Source: Minisyncoccota bacterium
GTDB lineage: Bacteria > Patescibacteriota > Minisyncoccia > UBA6257 > GWB1-50-10
Assembly: GCA_041664385.1 (NCBI GenBank)
Contig: JBAYKY010000002.1
Span: 1-50,010 of the forward strand
Direction: 5' to 3'
Length of the DNA: 50,010 nt
Position numbers and translations under genes: made by a program. Each line of letters starts with the position of its first letter. The stretch's first letter is position 1. The notes under the pieces are model-generated. The model searched no databases. It was not told the origin of the DNA and saw nothing but the letters and a program-made list of their open reading frames with translations. Of the stretch, positions 7,526-16,572 are shown piece by piece.

Positions 7526-9385
7526 TTAAGTGTTGTGCGATGTTTTGAAGAGGCGCATCGAGTTTATGATGGGGAAAAAATCAGTTGCAAAATTGTATGC
7601 GGAAGCCCCCTCGGGACCAAGTATTCGTAAAGAAACGAGAATAATACCCACAATGTTTACTGTTCCCCAAATGAAGAAATTTTGATATACCACGCGTAGT
7701 GTGGAGCGGCCAAGGTCTATCATTTCTGGGATTTTTGAAAAATCATCTTTCATAAGTGCGATATCCGCTGCTTCTATTGCAGCATCTGATCCAATTGCTC
7801 CCATTGCAATACCAACATCAGCAAGGGCGAGCGCAGCGGCATCATTGATACCATCTCCGACCATAAGTACTGTTTTGTGAGGACCTACACAGGATTTAAC
7901 AAATTGAAGTTTCTGTTCTGGAAGCATGTTTGCGTGATATTCAGTGATACCTACGCGGGCAGCAATTCGTGCAGCAACGCTCTCATTATCACCCGTGAGC
8001 ATAATTATCGTTGCCACACCAAGCTTCTTGATGTGTTCTATTGCATTTTTAATTTCGGGACGGACTTCGTCCGCGCATGCAAGTGTTCCTATTACCTCGT
8101 TTTCAGCTGCAATAACATTAATATTTAATCCATGTGTTTCTGCATCTGTGATAATTTCCTGCATTTTTGGTGTGAGAGGAATTCCCGCATCTCCTATAAA
8201 ACGAACACTTCCAGAGAGAATTCTCTTTTTGAAAAAAAGTGCCTCAAGCCCTTTCCCGGGAATTTCATGAATGTGGTCTGGTTTTTCAAATCGTGCTTTT
8301 TGTTCTCGTAAATATTCCACAATGGCTTTTGAAATAGGATGTTGAGAGTACATTGCAGTCATGCCCGCATAGGAGAGTAATTCCTCGCGAGTATGGGTTC
8401 CAAAAGGAGTAATTTCTTGGACTACAAATTTTCCAAGGGTAAGTGTTCCTGTTTTATCTACAATGATTGTGGTGGTCTTTGCTAGTCCTTCAAGAAAATT
8501 ACTTCCTTTTATAATGACACCACGTCGTGCTGCTTGTCCGATTGAGGCAAGAAATCCCATGGGAATAGCAATTGCAATATCATCCGCGCATGCGACAAGA
8601 AGAAATGAGAGGAGAAGAGGAAGGTCTTGAAAAAGACCGTAAATTACAAATGATCCCAAAAAAATAATAATGATGTACCATGTTGCAAATCGATCAGCAA
8701 TGGTGCGTATTTCTGCTTTCCCTTCCTCCGCACGTTCTACGAGTGCAATTGTTTTCTCGAGTGTGGTGTCTTTCCCGACCTTCTGCGTTTTTATCACAAG
8801 AGAGCCAGATGCAAGCAAAGTTCCACTCCATACATTGTTATTTATTGTTTTAATAACGGGTGCCGATTCTCCCGTAAGTGATGATTGGTCTATAGTTCCA
8901 TCTCCTTCTTCAACTGTGCCATCTACTGCAATACGTTCTCCTGATTTTACAATAAGGAGGTCTCCTACGCGCACAAGAGAGGAGGAGATGTCTTCTATGG
9001 TATCGCCGCGTTTCACGTGTACAGTGAGAGGACGAAGTTTGAGAATATGTTGAATCGCGGAATGAGCCTTTGCTTCTGTGTATGCTCCAAAAATGCGCGC
9101 GGCAGTAAGCATAAGGTTGATAAAAGCAGCCGACGACCATTCTCCACCCAGAAAGGCCGCAAGCAGCGCCGCACTTGCCAAGAGGTCAACAGACACCCTC
9201 TTTTTCATGAGTGATTGAAATGCACTCATGGCAACGGGAATGAGGCCCATACACGAAGCAATAACAAGGAGTGTATTACTGAAAGAGACGAGATGAAGGC
9301 GGTCAATAATAAGAAAAATAAAAAGAAGCACCGCAAATGAACCATCAAAAATCAATTCTTGGAAGTACTGAGAAAAAGATTTCAT
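7526..9385 (-). CDS. P1B-like heavy-metal P-type ATPase without an N-terminal metal-binding domain
   Basis: TGES, DKTGTLT, SQHP (HP motif), MLTGDN, GDGINDAAALA. The transmembrane CPC position reads CAD. Confidence 0.9.
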   Translation of the reverse strand: MKSFSQYFQELIFDGSFAVLLFIFLIIDRLHLVSFSNTLLVIASCMGLIPVAMSAFQSLMKKRVSVDLLASAALLAAFLGGEWSSAAFINLMLTAARIFGAYTEAKAHSAIQHILKLRPLTVHVKRGDTIEDISSSLVRVGDLLIVKSGERIAVDGTVEEGDGTIDQSSLTGESAPVIKTINNNVWSGTLLASGSLVIKTQKVGKDTTLEKTIALVERAEEGKAEIRTIADRFATWYIIIIFLGSFVIYGLFQDLPLLLSFLLVACADDIAIAIPMGFLASIGQAARRGVIIKGSNFLEGLAKTTTIIVDKTGTLTLGKFVVQEITPFGTHTREELLSYAGMTAMYSQHPISKAIVEYLREQKARFEKPDHIHEIPGKGLEALFFKKRILSGSVRFIGDAGIPLTPKMQEIITDAETHGLNINVIAAENEVIGTLACADEVRPEIKNAIEHIKKLGVATIIMLTGDNESVAARIAARVGITEYHANMLPEQKLQFVKSCVGPHKTVLMVGDGINDAAALALADVGIAMGAIGSDAAIEAADIALMKDDFSKIPEMIDLGRSTLRVVYQNFFIWGTVNIVGIILVSLRILGPEGASAYNFATDFFPIINSMRLFKTSHNT

Positions 9386-9456
9386 AAAAGAGGGGGCTTT
9401 CTATCCATTGTACCACTCACGTTGATTTCTTTTCTCCTCGTTCTATAATGAAACGG

Positions 9457-9771
9457 ATGTTACATATTCATAATATTGAGTCATTGAATGGGGATGATAT
9501 TGGAAGGGTTGATGATTACGGATTTGTATTTGATATCCACGGAAAGAAAGTAGGGAGGGTTATGATGGGCGAGGGTACTGTATTTGATGCGGTAGGAAAT
9601 AAAGTGGGTAAGCTTATGAATAATGGGGAGGTATTTAATGAGAAGATGAGACATATCGGTACCATACAAGAAGATGGATTTGTGTATGATATAAATCAAC
9701 ACAGGATAGGAAAGGTGAAGCCGCCCCATCGAGAGTTTGCGGGTGCTGCATTCCTTCTTTTGTTTCGATAG
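9457..9771 (+). CDS. hypothetical protein with four to five tandem ~17-aa G-x-V-(F/Y)-D-x-x-G-x-K-(V/I)-G repeats
   Basis: Internal repeats visible in the translation. The listed ATG 9448 overlaps TATAAT (9444-49); the in-frame ATG 9457 lies 7 nt after it. Confidence 0.5.
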   Translation: MLHIHNIESLNGDDIGRVDDYGFVFDIHGKKVGRVMMGEGTVFDAVGNKVGKLMNNGEVFNEKMRHIGTIQEDGFVYDINQHRIGKVKPPHREFAGAAFLLLFR

Positions 9772-9777
9772 CGTACA

Positions 9778-9803
9778 AAAAGTCGCCTTTAGGCGATTTT
9801 TTA
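9778..9803 (+). terminator. rho-independent terminator
   Basis: AAGTCGCC/GGCGATTT stem with T-run. Confidence 0.6.
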
Positions 9804-9832
9804 GTTCGACGAAGGGTGGTACTATAGGAACA

Positions 9833-12811
9833 ATGCACGACACAGAGTTCAAAAAGCGATATACACAATTAAATGCCGCACAGCGTGAGGCAGTCGATGC
9901 GGTAGAAGGTCCCGTGATGGTAGTAGCAGGTCCCGGCACAGGAAAGACACAAATTCTTACGCTGCGCATCGCAAATATTCTTACAAAGACCGATACTAAC
10001 CCAGAAAATATTTTGGCACTTACTTTTACTGAGGCTGGCACCGCAACGATGCGTCGACGGCTTATGGAAATTGTAGGTGCGCCCGCGTATTCAGTGACCA
10101 TTAGTACATTTCACGCATTTTGTAATGGCATTATTAAAGAATACCCAGAGGAATTTCCTTATATTATTGGTTCAGAAAGTATTACTGAAGTTGATCAAAT
10201 TACCTTACTCGAGAATATTGTGCGTACAACTCCGCTTACTATTTTGAAGCCGTTCGGAGACCCACTATATTATGTACGGGATATATTAAAAGCGATTAAT
10301 GATTTGAAACGAGAGGGTGTAGATCCTTCCCAATTCGTGACTCTTGTGGAAAAGGAGCAAGAGCGATTCGATGCATCACCCGATCTTTATCATGAGAAAG
10401 GCGCTCATAAGGGAGAAATGAAAGGAGACTACAAGAAAGAATTAAAAATAATTGAGAAGAATAGGGAATTGGCGAGAGTGTATATCGCATATGTGACGAG
10501 TCTTCAGGAAAACAAACTCTACGATTATAGCGATATGATTATGGAGGTATTCCGTGCGCTTCAAACAAATAAGAATCTTCTTCTTATCTTGCAGGAACAA
10601 TATCAGTATGTGTTAGTAGATGAACACCAAGATACAAATAAAGCACAAAATAATATTTTAGAGCTTCTTTGTAATTTTCATGCACAACCAAATATATTCG
10701 TGGTAGGTGATGAGAAACAGGCCATCTTTCGCTTTCAAGGCGCTTCACTAGAAAATTTTCTTTATTTTAAAAAATTGTATCCTGAGGCAAAACTTATTTT
10801 CCTTGAAGAAAATTATCGCTCTACACAAACAATTCTAGATTCAGCACATCGCGTGATTCCAAGTCCAAAAGGATTACATGCACAACCTTCTTCCGAAAAT
10901 AAAGGAGTAAACCTTTTCGCATTCACGAAACCTATCATTGAACAGTATTTTCTCGCAAAAAGCATAAAGGCGAAAATTGATGCGGGTGTGGCACCTGGCG
11001 AGATCGCAGTCCTTTATCGTGATAATCGTGATGTCACCGCGCTTTTGCCTATGGTTGAGCGAATGGGAATTCCTTTTGTAGTTGAGTCCGATGAAAATGT
11101 GATGAATGACCATGACATTAAAAAAATTATTCGTTTGCTTCGTGCTGCGGATACATTTGGTTCTGATGAACACATTGCAGAGGCGATGCACATTGATTTT
11201 CTTGGACTCCACCCACTCGATGTCTATCGCGTGCTTCACGAAACGGATATAAAAAAATGCTCTCTTTATGATGTATTAAAGTCAGATGTGATGATGAGAA
11301 ACCTTCGATTAGAAGATGGAGTAAAAATCCGCAGATGGTATGGAAAACTGACCGAATGGGCAATCGCCGCAAAAAATAAGAGCCTTGAGGAGTGTGCAAG
11401 CCTTGTGATTAATGAGTCGGGATTTCTTGCTTATCTTTTAGGGAAGCCCGATGCAGTGGAGAAGATGGAAAAACTTAATGGTTTTTTTGATGAATTACAA
11501 AGTCTTGTTGAAAAACACAAAGATACAGGACTTCACGAATTTCTTCTCTATCTTGATACTATTGAGACTCACAACCTCCTTATACGAAAGAGCTCATTTG
11601 GTGGTTCTTTGCGGCGCGTGCATTTTATGACCGCACATAAGTCGAAGGGGCAGGAATTTGAGCATGTGTATATAGTGAATGCGTTCAATGGCCATTGGGG
11701 AAATAAGAAGCGAGGAAATGCACTTCCGCTTCCTTCTTCTGTATTTTCACTGTTTGGCGAATCGTCTCTAGCACATGACCCACTAGATGATGAGCGAAGA
11801 CTTTTTTATGTTGCTCTCACTCGCGCAAAAAAAACTGTGACTATTTCTTATGCAAAAGAAAGCACTACGGGACGCGAACAATTGCCGTGCCAATTTATTG
11901 AGGAGATGAAATCAGAACTTGTAGAAGAAATAAATACGAATGAGATAGAAAAAGAATTTGAGGTGAATAAGCAGATTATTGTTGCACCACCACAACTTCC
12001 TGGTGCGCGTATGGAGGATAAAGAATTTATTCGTTCACTTTTTCTTGAGCGAGGAATTTCTGCAACCGCACTCAATAATTATCTTAAGTGTCCTTGGCGC
12101 TACTTTTATCAGAATCTTCTTCGCATTCCTGCGGCAAAACAACCTCATCAATTATATGGCACCGCAATTCATGCGGCGCTTCAGGATCTTTTTAATGCAG
12201 CGAAGAATAATAAGCATTCACGTACTTTTCTTCTTGAGCGATTCTCATATCATTTTGATGCACAGCCTTTTCAAGCGCGCGAACAAATTGAATGGAAGGA
12301 GCGGGGAGTGCGAGCGCTTGGTGGTTACTATGACACGTACCATGCCTCGTGGCGTACCAATATTTTAAACGAAGTACCTGTGCGAGGAATTCTTCTTACT
12401 CCCGAGATAAAACTTACAGGGAAAATCGATAAGTTAGAAATTATAAATGAGCGCAATGAAGTACAGGTGACAGACTATAAAACAGGAAAACCAAGGACAC
12501 GAGGTGAGATAGAGGGGTCTACTCAAAACTCGAATGGTGATATAAAACGACAACTCGTATTTTATAATGTTCTTCTTAATCGGTATGAGAACCATCGATT
12601 CACTATGGTCTCTGCTGATGTTGATTTTGTAGAACCGGACGAGAAAGGGAGGTATAAGAGAGAATCATTTGTGATAAGTCCTAAAGAAGTTGAGGAACTT
12701 GAAGGGCTTATTAAAAAGACTGCGGAAGATATTTGCACTCTTTCTTTTTGGGATACTCGTTGTGATGATGCAACTTGTCAATTTTGCGCACTTCGTGGAA
12801 TGATGGAATAA
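9833..12811 (+). CDS. UvrD/PcrA-type superfamily 1 helicase fused to a C-terminal PD-(D/E)XK nuclease with four Cys (AddA/AddB-like)
   Basis: AGPGTGKT, VDEHQDTN, VGDEKQAIFRFQGA, YRS. C-terminal CPWRYFY..DKLEI..VTDYKTGK..QLVFY..CDDATCQFC. Start moved to ATG 9833, downstream of the terminator. Confidence 0.85.
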   Translation: MHDTEFKKRYTQLNAAQREAVDAVEGPVMVVAGPGTGKTQILTLRIANILTKTDTNPENILALTFTEAGTATMRRRLMEIVGAPAYSVTISTFHAFCNGIIKEYPEEFPYIIGSESITEVDQITLLENIVRTTPLTILKPFGDPLYYVRDILKAINDLKREGVDPSQFVTLVEKEQERFDASPDLYHEKGAHKGEMKGDYKKELKIIEKNRELARVYIAYVTSLQENKLYDYSDMIMEVFRALQTNKNLLLILQEQYQYVLVDEHQDTNKAQNNILELLCNFHAQPNIFVVGDEKQAIFRFQGASLENFLYFKKLYPEAKLIFLEENYRSTQTILDSAHRVIPSPKGLHAQPSSENKGVNLFAFTKPIIEQYFLAKSIKAKIDAGVAPGEIAVLYRDNRDVTALLPMVERMGIPFVVESDENVMNDHDIKKIIRLLRAADTFGSDEHIAEAMHIDFLGLHPLDVYRVLHETDIKKCSLYDVLKSDVMMRNLRLEDGVKIRRWYGKLTEWAIAAKNKSLEECASLVINESGFLAYLLGKPDAVEKMEKLNGFFDELQSLVEKHKDTGLHEFLLYLDTIETHNLLIRKSSFGGSLRRVHFMTAHKSKGQEFEHVYIVNAFNGHWGNKKRGNALPLPSSVFSLFGESSLAHDPLDDERRLFYVALTRAKKTVTISYAKESTTGREQLPCQFIEEMKSELVEEINTNEIEKEFEVNKQIIVAPPQLPGARMEDKEFIRSLFLERGISATALNNYLKCPWRYFYQNLLRIPAAKQPHQLYGTAIHAALQDLFNAAKNNKHSRTFLLERFSYHFDAQPFQAREQIEWKERGVRALGGYYDTYHASWRTNILNEVPVRGILLTPEIKLTGKIDKLEIINERNEVQVTDYKTGKPRTRGEIEGSTQNSNGDIKRQLVFYNVLLNRYENHRFTMVSADVDFVEPDEKGRYKRESFVISPKEVEELEGLIKKTAEDICTLSFWDTRCDDATCQFCALRGMME

Positions 12812-12818
12812 TAAGAGC

Positions 12819-13031
12819 ATGAGCGAACACATGAAAAGACTTTATAGAAGCAACCAAAACAAAGTGGTGTGTGGACTTCTCGGCGGTCTCGGAGAATATT
12901 TTGAGGTAGATCCAGTACTCCTCCGTCTCTTTTTTGTTTTTCTTACTATGTGTACGGGTATTGTGCCTGGCATTCTTGCTTACTTTTTAGGAGTAGCAAT
13001 CGTGCCCAAGTCACGAGCGGAAATAAAGTAA
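12819..13031 (+). CDS. PspC domain-containing membrane protein
   Basis: LYRSNQNKVVCGLLGGLGEYFEVDPVLLRLFFV. Confidence 0.8.
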   Translation: MSEHMKRLYRSNQNKVVCGLLGGLGEYFEVDPVLLRLFFVFLTMCTGIVPGILAYFLGVAIVPKSRAEIK

Positions 13032-13037
13032 TTCTGT

Positions 13038-13796
13038 ATGGAACGAAAAAACACATCATGGGGCGTTGCGGCAGATTGGTATCACGAACATCTTGAAAAA
13101 GAAGGGACCTACCAAAAAGAAGTGGTACTTCCTAATCTTTTGCGTATTCTTGCATTAAAGAAAGGCATGCGTATTTTAGATCTTGCGTGTGGTTCTGGAT
13201 TTTTTTCGCGCGCATTTGCTGAGACAGGTGCTGAGGTGATTGGTTCTGATGTGGCTACCCGCCTCATTCTTATTGCGCGAAAAGAGTCGCCAAAAAATAT
13301 CGCGTTTCATATCGCTCCTGCACATAAGCTCGATTTTCTTCCTTCAAAAAGCGTTGATCTTATTACAATTATTTTTGCGGCTCAAAATATTGAAAATATT
13401 GATAAGGTGTTTGCTGAATGTGCGCGTGTCTTGAAGCCACGAGGATCACTTGTAATAGTGATGAACCATCCCGCGTTCCGTGTTCCTAAACGTTCGGGTT
13501 GGGGATGGGACGAAGAGAAAAAGACACAATACCGACGCATCGATGGCTATATGTCTGAATCGATGGAAAAGATTCAGATGCATCCTGGCGATAGACCAGA
13601 TGAATATACCCTTTCATTCCATCGGCCACTTCAGGTGTATTTCAAAAGTTTGCGTAAGAATGGATTTGCGGTTGGTTCTCTTGAAGAATGGATTTCTCAT
13701 AAGAAGAGCGAACCAGGTACTCGCGCCGCTGCAGAAAATGAAATACGAAAAGAAATTCCTCTTTTCCTCATGCTACAAGCAGTGCGCATGGAATAG
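13038..13796 (+). CDS. class I SAM-dependent methyltransferase
   Basis: Motif I ILDLACGSGFFS and motif LKPRGSLVIV. Confidence 0.8.
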   Translation: MERKNTSWGVAADWYHEHLEKEGTYQKEVVLPNLLRILALKKGMRILDLACGSGFFSRAFAETGAEVIGSDVATRLILIARKESPKNIAFHIAPAHKLDFLPSKSVDLITIIFAAQNIENIDKVFAECARVLKPRGSLVIVMNHPAFRVPKRSGWGWDEEKKTQYRRIDGYMSESMEKIQMHPGDRPDEYTLSFHRPLQVYFKSLRKNGFAVGSLEEWISHKKSEPGTRAAAENEIRKEIPLFLMLQAVRME

Positions 13797-13812
13797 GGGA
13801 CGGTAGTGTGTC

Positions 13813-13821
13813 TGGTATACT
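13813..13821 (+). promoter_or_regulatory. extended -10 box TGgTATACT, 6 nt before ATG 13828
   Basis: TG-n-TATACT at 13813-21, spacer ttttat, ATG at 13828. Confidence 0.45.
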
Positions 13822-13827
13822 TTTTAT

Positions 13828-15447
13828 ATGCAGAGAACACTGAAAATAGTAGGGTGGCTTATAGGTATTCCTCTTGTTATTACATTTCTTGTGGCTACAT
13901 TAGGTTTTCTTGCGGTTCGTTATAATTTTTGGCCGCCGAATTGCGATATTCTTCCAATCCCACAAGCAAAACGTGTGTGTGAGTTTTCAAAACGGGAAAA
14001 AGTAAAAATGGGAACTCCTACCGTAGTTCAATTTTGGGTGGGTATTCCTGAGAGCACCTCTCCTTCTGATATAGTTTATTTTGTGCCAGAAGGAAAGAGC
14101 CAACTTGCAATGAAAAAAGTAGGCGATACAAGTTATGAAGTAGATATACCCGCAATGATTGGAGAGGAATTTTCATATCGCTATCGTCGCGATGAACAAG
14201 AATCATTCTCAGATATAAAAAATATAAAAATAGGCATTCTTGGTGAGGACGTATTTGATGCAGTATCTGCATGGAGCGATGATAAAAAAATATCACGTAT
14301 TGCGACAAGCACGCGTATCATCGTGAATACTATGGATACGTGGACCATTAATTATAATTTTAATTTTTTTGAAGATACTCGCAACAACATAGAAAGTACA
14401 ATGGTACGTGCGAAAGCACTTGGTGCAAATGAATTGGGGGTCTTTTCGTTTATTGAAGTACTTGGAAATAAAGATTCATTTACACTCCAAGGTGTAGATA
14501 CGCCATTTAAATATATGAGAGATGCTGCAATTTCAGCAGGAGATATGAAGAAACTTGCAAAATTAGGAAAAGAATATGGTCTTGATATAGTAATTCATTA
14601 CAATACAGAAGCGGACTATACAAAATATTTCAATGTAAAAGACTTCAGAATTATTGGTGCAGGTGTGGGTGGTGCCGCCGCACATGGAAGGGCTGCGAAG
14701 GAACTTGGTATTGATGAGCCAAAATCGAAAGAGTGGATAGATATGTGGTTTGATGGTCTTGAGCCCGTACTTCTTATGTGGGCAAAAAATGCTGAGGTCG
14801 CGGGTATTTATGGTATCGATATTACACCACAATATATGGTTCCAAAATTTGCACCTCAAGAAGCATATGCGGATACAAGGTACAAAGAGATTATTGGAGA
14901 AATGAGAAAGGTCTATAAAGGGAAGATAGTCGCAAGTTCTTTTGGGTGGTTTGGAGGAATTACTGATAGAAATAAGGCGACGTATATTAATGATGTTGAT
15001 GCGCTTTATGTACCACTTCCTCCTCTTAAGGTGCGTGAGGGAGCGTCGCTCGCTGAAATGCGCGCAATCTACACAAAAAATGTCATAGCACTTCAGAGCG
15101 AATTTAACGCATATCCAAAAGGAATAAATCTTATTATTGCACAGGCAAGTTATAAGGGTGCAATCAATGGTGTCCCTTCTTTTGAATATAATGATTTTGC
15201 AGAAGCGCGCGCCAAGGGACATGTTGCTGATTGGCAGGCTCAGGCAGATAGTTATGATGCGGCGCTTAGCGTTTTAAGCCGCTCTACTTTTTTTAAAGGA
15301 ATTGGTACCTCAGGATATTGGTTTGATGATTTTATGGACCCCAACTACGCAGATCCTCTTATTAGTATGCATCCTTCAATCCGTAATAAACCCGCAGAAG
15401 CAGTGTGGAAAAAATGGGTGAATCCAGTTGAACCAGTACATATATAA
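13828..15447 (+). CDS. membrane-anchored hypothetical protein (possibly a glycoside-hydrolase-like TIM barrel)
   Basis: N-terminal TM helix and a long ORF. The functional guess is weak and based on overall pattern only. Confidence 0.55.
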   Translation: MQRTLKIVGWLIGIPLVITFLVATLGFLAVRYNFWPPNCDILPIPQAKRVCEFSKREKVKMGTPTVVQFWVGIPESTSPSDIVYFVPEGKSQLAMKKVGDTSYEVDIPAMIGEEFSYRYRRDEQESFSDIKNIKIGILGEDVFDAVSAWSDDKKISRIATSTRIIVNTMDTWTINYNFNFFEDTRNNIESTMVRAKALGANELGVFSFIEVLGNKDSFTLQGVDTPFKYMRDAAISAGDMKKLAKLGKEYGLDIVIHYNTEADYTKYFNVKDFRIIGAGVGGAAAHGRAAKELGIDEPKSKEWIDMWFDGLEPVLLMWAKNAEVAGIYGIDITPQYMVPKFAPQEAYADTRYKEIIGEMRKVYKGKIVASSFGWFGGITDRNKATYINDVDALYVPLPPLKVREGASLAEMRAIYTKNVIALQSEFNAYPKGINLIIAQASYKGAINGVPSFEYNDFAEARAKGHVADWQAQADSYDAALSVLSRSTFFKGIGTSGYWFDDFMDPNYADPLISMHPSIRNKPAEAVWKKWVNPVEPVHI

Positions 15448-15881
15448 TGGCTCCAAAAAAGAATAACAAATCATGGAATGATATATCGGAGAATATTACG
15501 GAATGGATTGGGTCCATGCCCTCACTTGTGATTCACACCCTCCTCTTCGTTGGGGCTCTTCTTTTCATATTTCTTGGGATTAAGACCGATACCGTGCTTC
15601 TCGCACTTACAACTGTGGTCTCTTTGGAGGCAATTTATCTTTCTATTTTCATTCAGATGACAGTAAATCGTCATGCGGAGAGCCTTGAGGATGTAGAGGA
15701 GGATATTGAAGAAATACATGAAGATGTGCGAGAATTGGGGGAGGATATTGAGGATATTTCTGAGGATATCGAGGAAATTCAAGAAGAGGAGGGGGGCGAG
15801 ACGGCGATAACGCTCGAAAATATTGAAGAAGTGCTTCAAAAAGCGCTTGCAGATATAGAGAAATTTAAGAAACAACAATAA
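15447..15881 (+). CDS. two-TM membrane protein (DUF1003-like) with acidic repeat tail
   Basis: TAATG overlap with the upstream gene, SLEAIYLSIFIQMTVNR, tail EDVEEDIEEIHEDVRELGEDIEDISEDIEEIQEEE. Confidence 0.55.
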   Translation: MAPKKNNKSWNDISENITEWIGSMPSLVIHTLLFVGALLFIFLGIKTDTVLLALTTVVSLEAIYLSIFIQMTVNRHAESLEDVEEDIEEIHEDVRELGEDIEDISEDIEEIQEEEGGETAITLENIEEVLQKALADIEKFKKQQ

Positions 15882-15883
15882 TT

Positions 15884-16432
15884 ATGATCTCACGTTTTGT
15901 GAATCCATTTATACTATGGACTTTTATCGTGCTCGGAGGAGCGGCAATTTTTTTTGGATTTGATGCAAATGTAGTATTATTGCGCACAAGTCTTTCGTGT
16001 GGAGTTTTTATGCTCACTCTTATGTATTGGCTTTTATTGGTAATTAGAGCAGTGCGCGGAAATGTGAATGTAGTGCGGAGTGTTGCGGGTGTAAAATCAC
16101 TCGTGAAGACGGGTATATACACACGAGTAAGACACCCTATCTATTCAGCCGACATCGTTCTTGTGTGGGGAATATTCTTTATAACTTCCTCATTTCCGAT
16201 GTTCCTTACCGCATTGTGGGTTACCTTAGTTATGATTCTTTGGGCGCGTCTTGAAGAGGAATATCTTATGAAGCGATTTAAAGCGGCATATGTGGGTTAT
16301 TGCGCGCAGACTCCTATGTTAATTCCTCGAGTATGTGGTGTAAAAAAAGTACGCGCACCAAAGAAGAGAAAGCCGAAGGCAAAAGTAAAAAAAGTTTCAG
16401 AAAGTCTTGCGGATGAGATACCTCAAATCTAA
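15884..16432 (+). CDS. isoprenylcysteine carboxyl / phospholipid methyltransferase family membrane protein
   Basis: GIYTRVRHPIYSADIVL..LEEEYLMKRFKAAYVGYCAQTPMLIP. Confidence 0.8.
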   Translation: MISRFVNPFILWTFIVLGGAAIFFGFDANVVLLRTSLSCGVFMLTLMYWLLLVIRAVRGNVNVVRSVAGVKSLVKTGIYTRVRHPIYSADIVLVWGIFFITSSFPMFLTALWVTLVMILWARLEEEYLMKRFKAAYVGYCAQTPMLIPRVCGVKKVRAPKKRKPKAKVKKVSESLADEIPQI

Positions 16433-16514
16433 TAATTTGTTTTTGTTTCGAATTTAGCAACTAAGTTTAGTCTTATGTATTTCGACATACATACAAAGAC
16501 GTGTCAATAATTTA

Positions 16515-16544
16515 TTGACAAAAGCAAGTATTACGCGGTATTCT
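16515..16544 (+). promoter_or_regulatory. sigma70-like promoter TTGACA-18-TATTCT
   Basis: TTGACA at 16515-20, TATTCT at 16539-44, 28 nt upstream of the typA ATG. Confidence 0.5.
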
Positions 16545-16572
16545 GAGAGGCGCCTCAAAAGAGGCATTTTCT

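Noticed and set aside
9737-9832. N-terminal extension of the helicase ORF (listed start 9737)
   Set aside because: It overlaps the end of the upstream gene and its terminator hairpin (9778-9803). ATG 9833 gives the canonical distance to the Walker A motif.
9481-10101. 206-aa minus-strand ORF
   Set aside because: Antisense to the repeat-protein and helicase genes, which have clear motifs; a typical shadow ORF.
14563-15222. 219-aa minus-strand ORF
   Set aside because: Antisense shadow of the 539-aa + strand gene, with a Cys/Ile/Phe-rich nonsense-like composition.
15690-15800. DNA tandem repeat (GAGGATATTGARGA units)
   Set aside because: It simply encodes the acidic E/D-I-E low-complexity tail of the 144-aa membrane protein and is not an independent repeat element.
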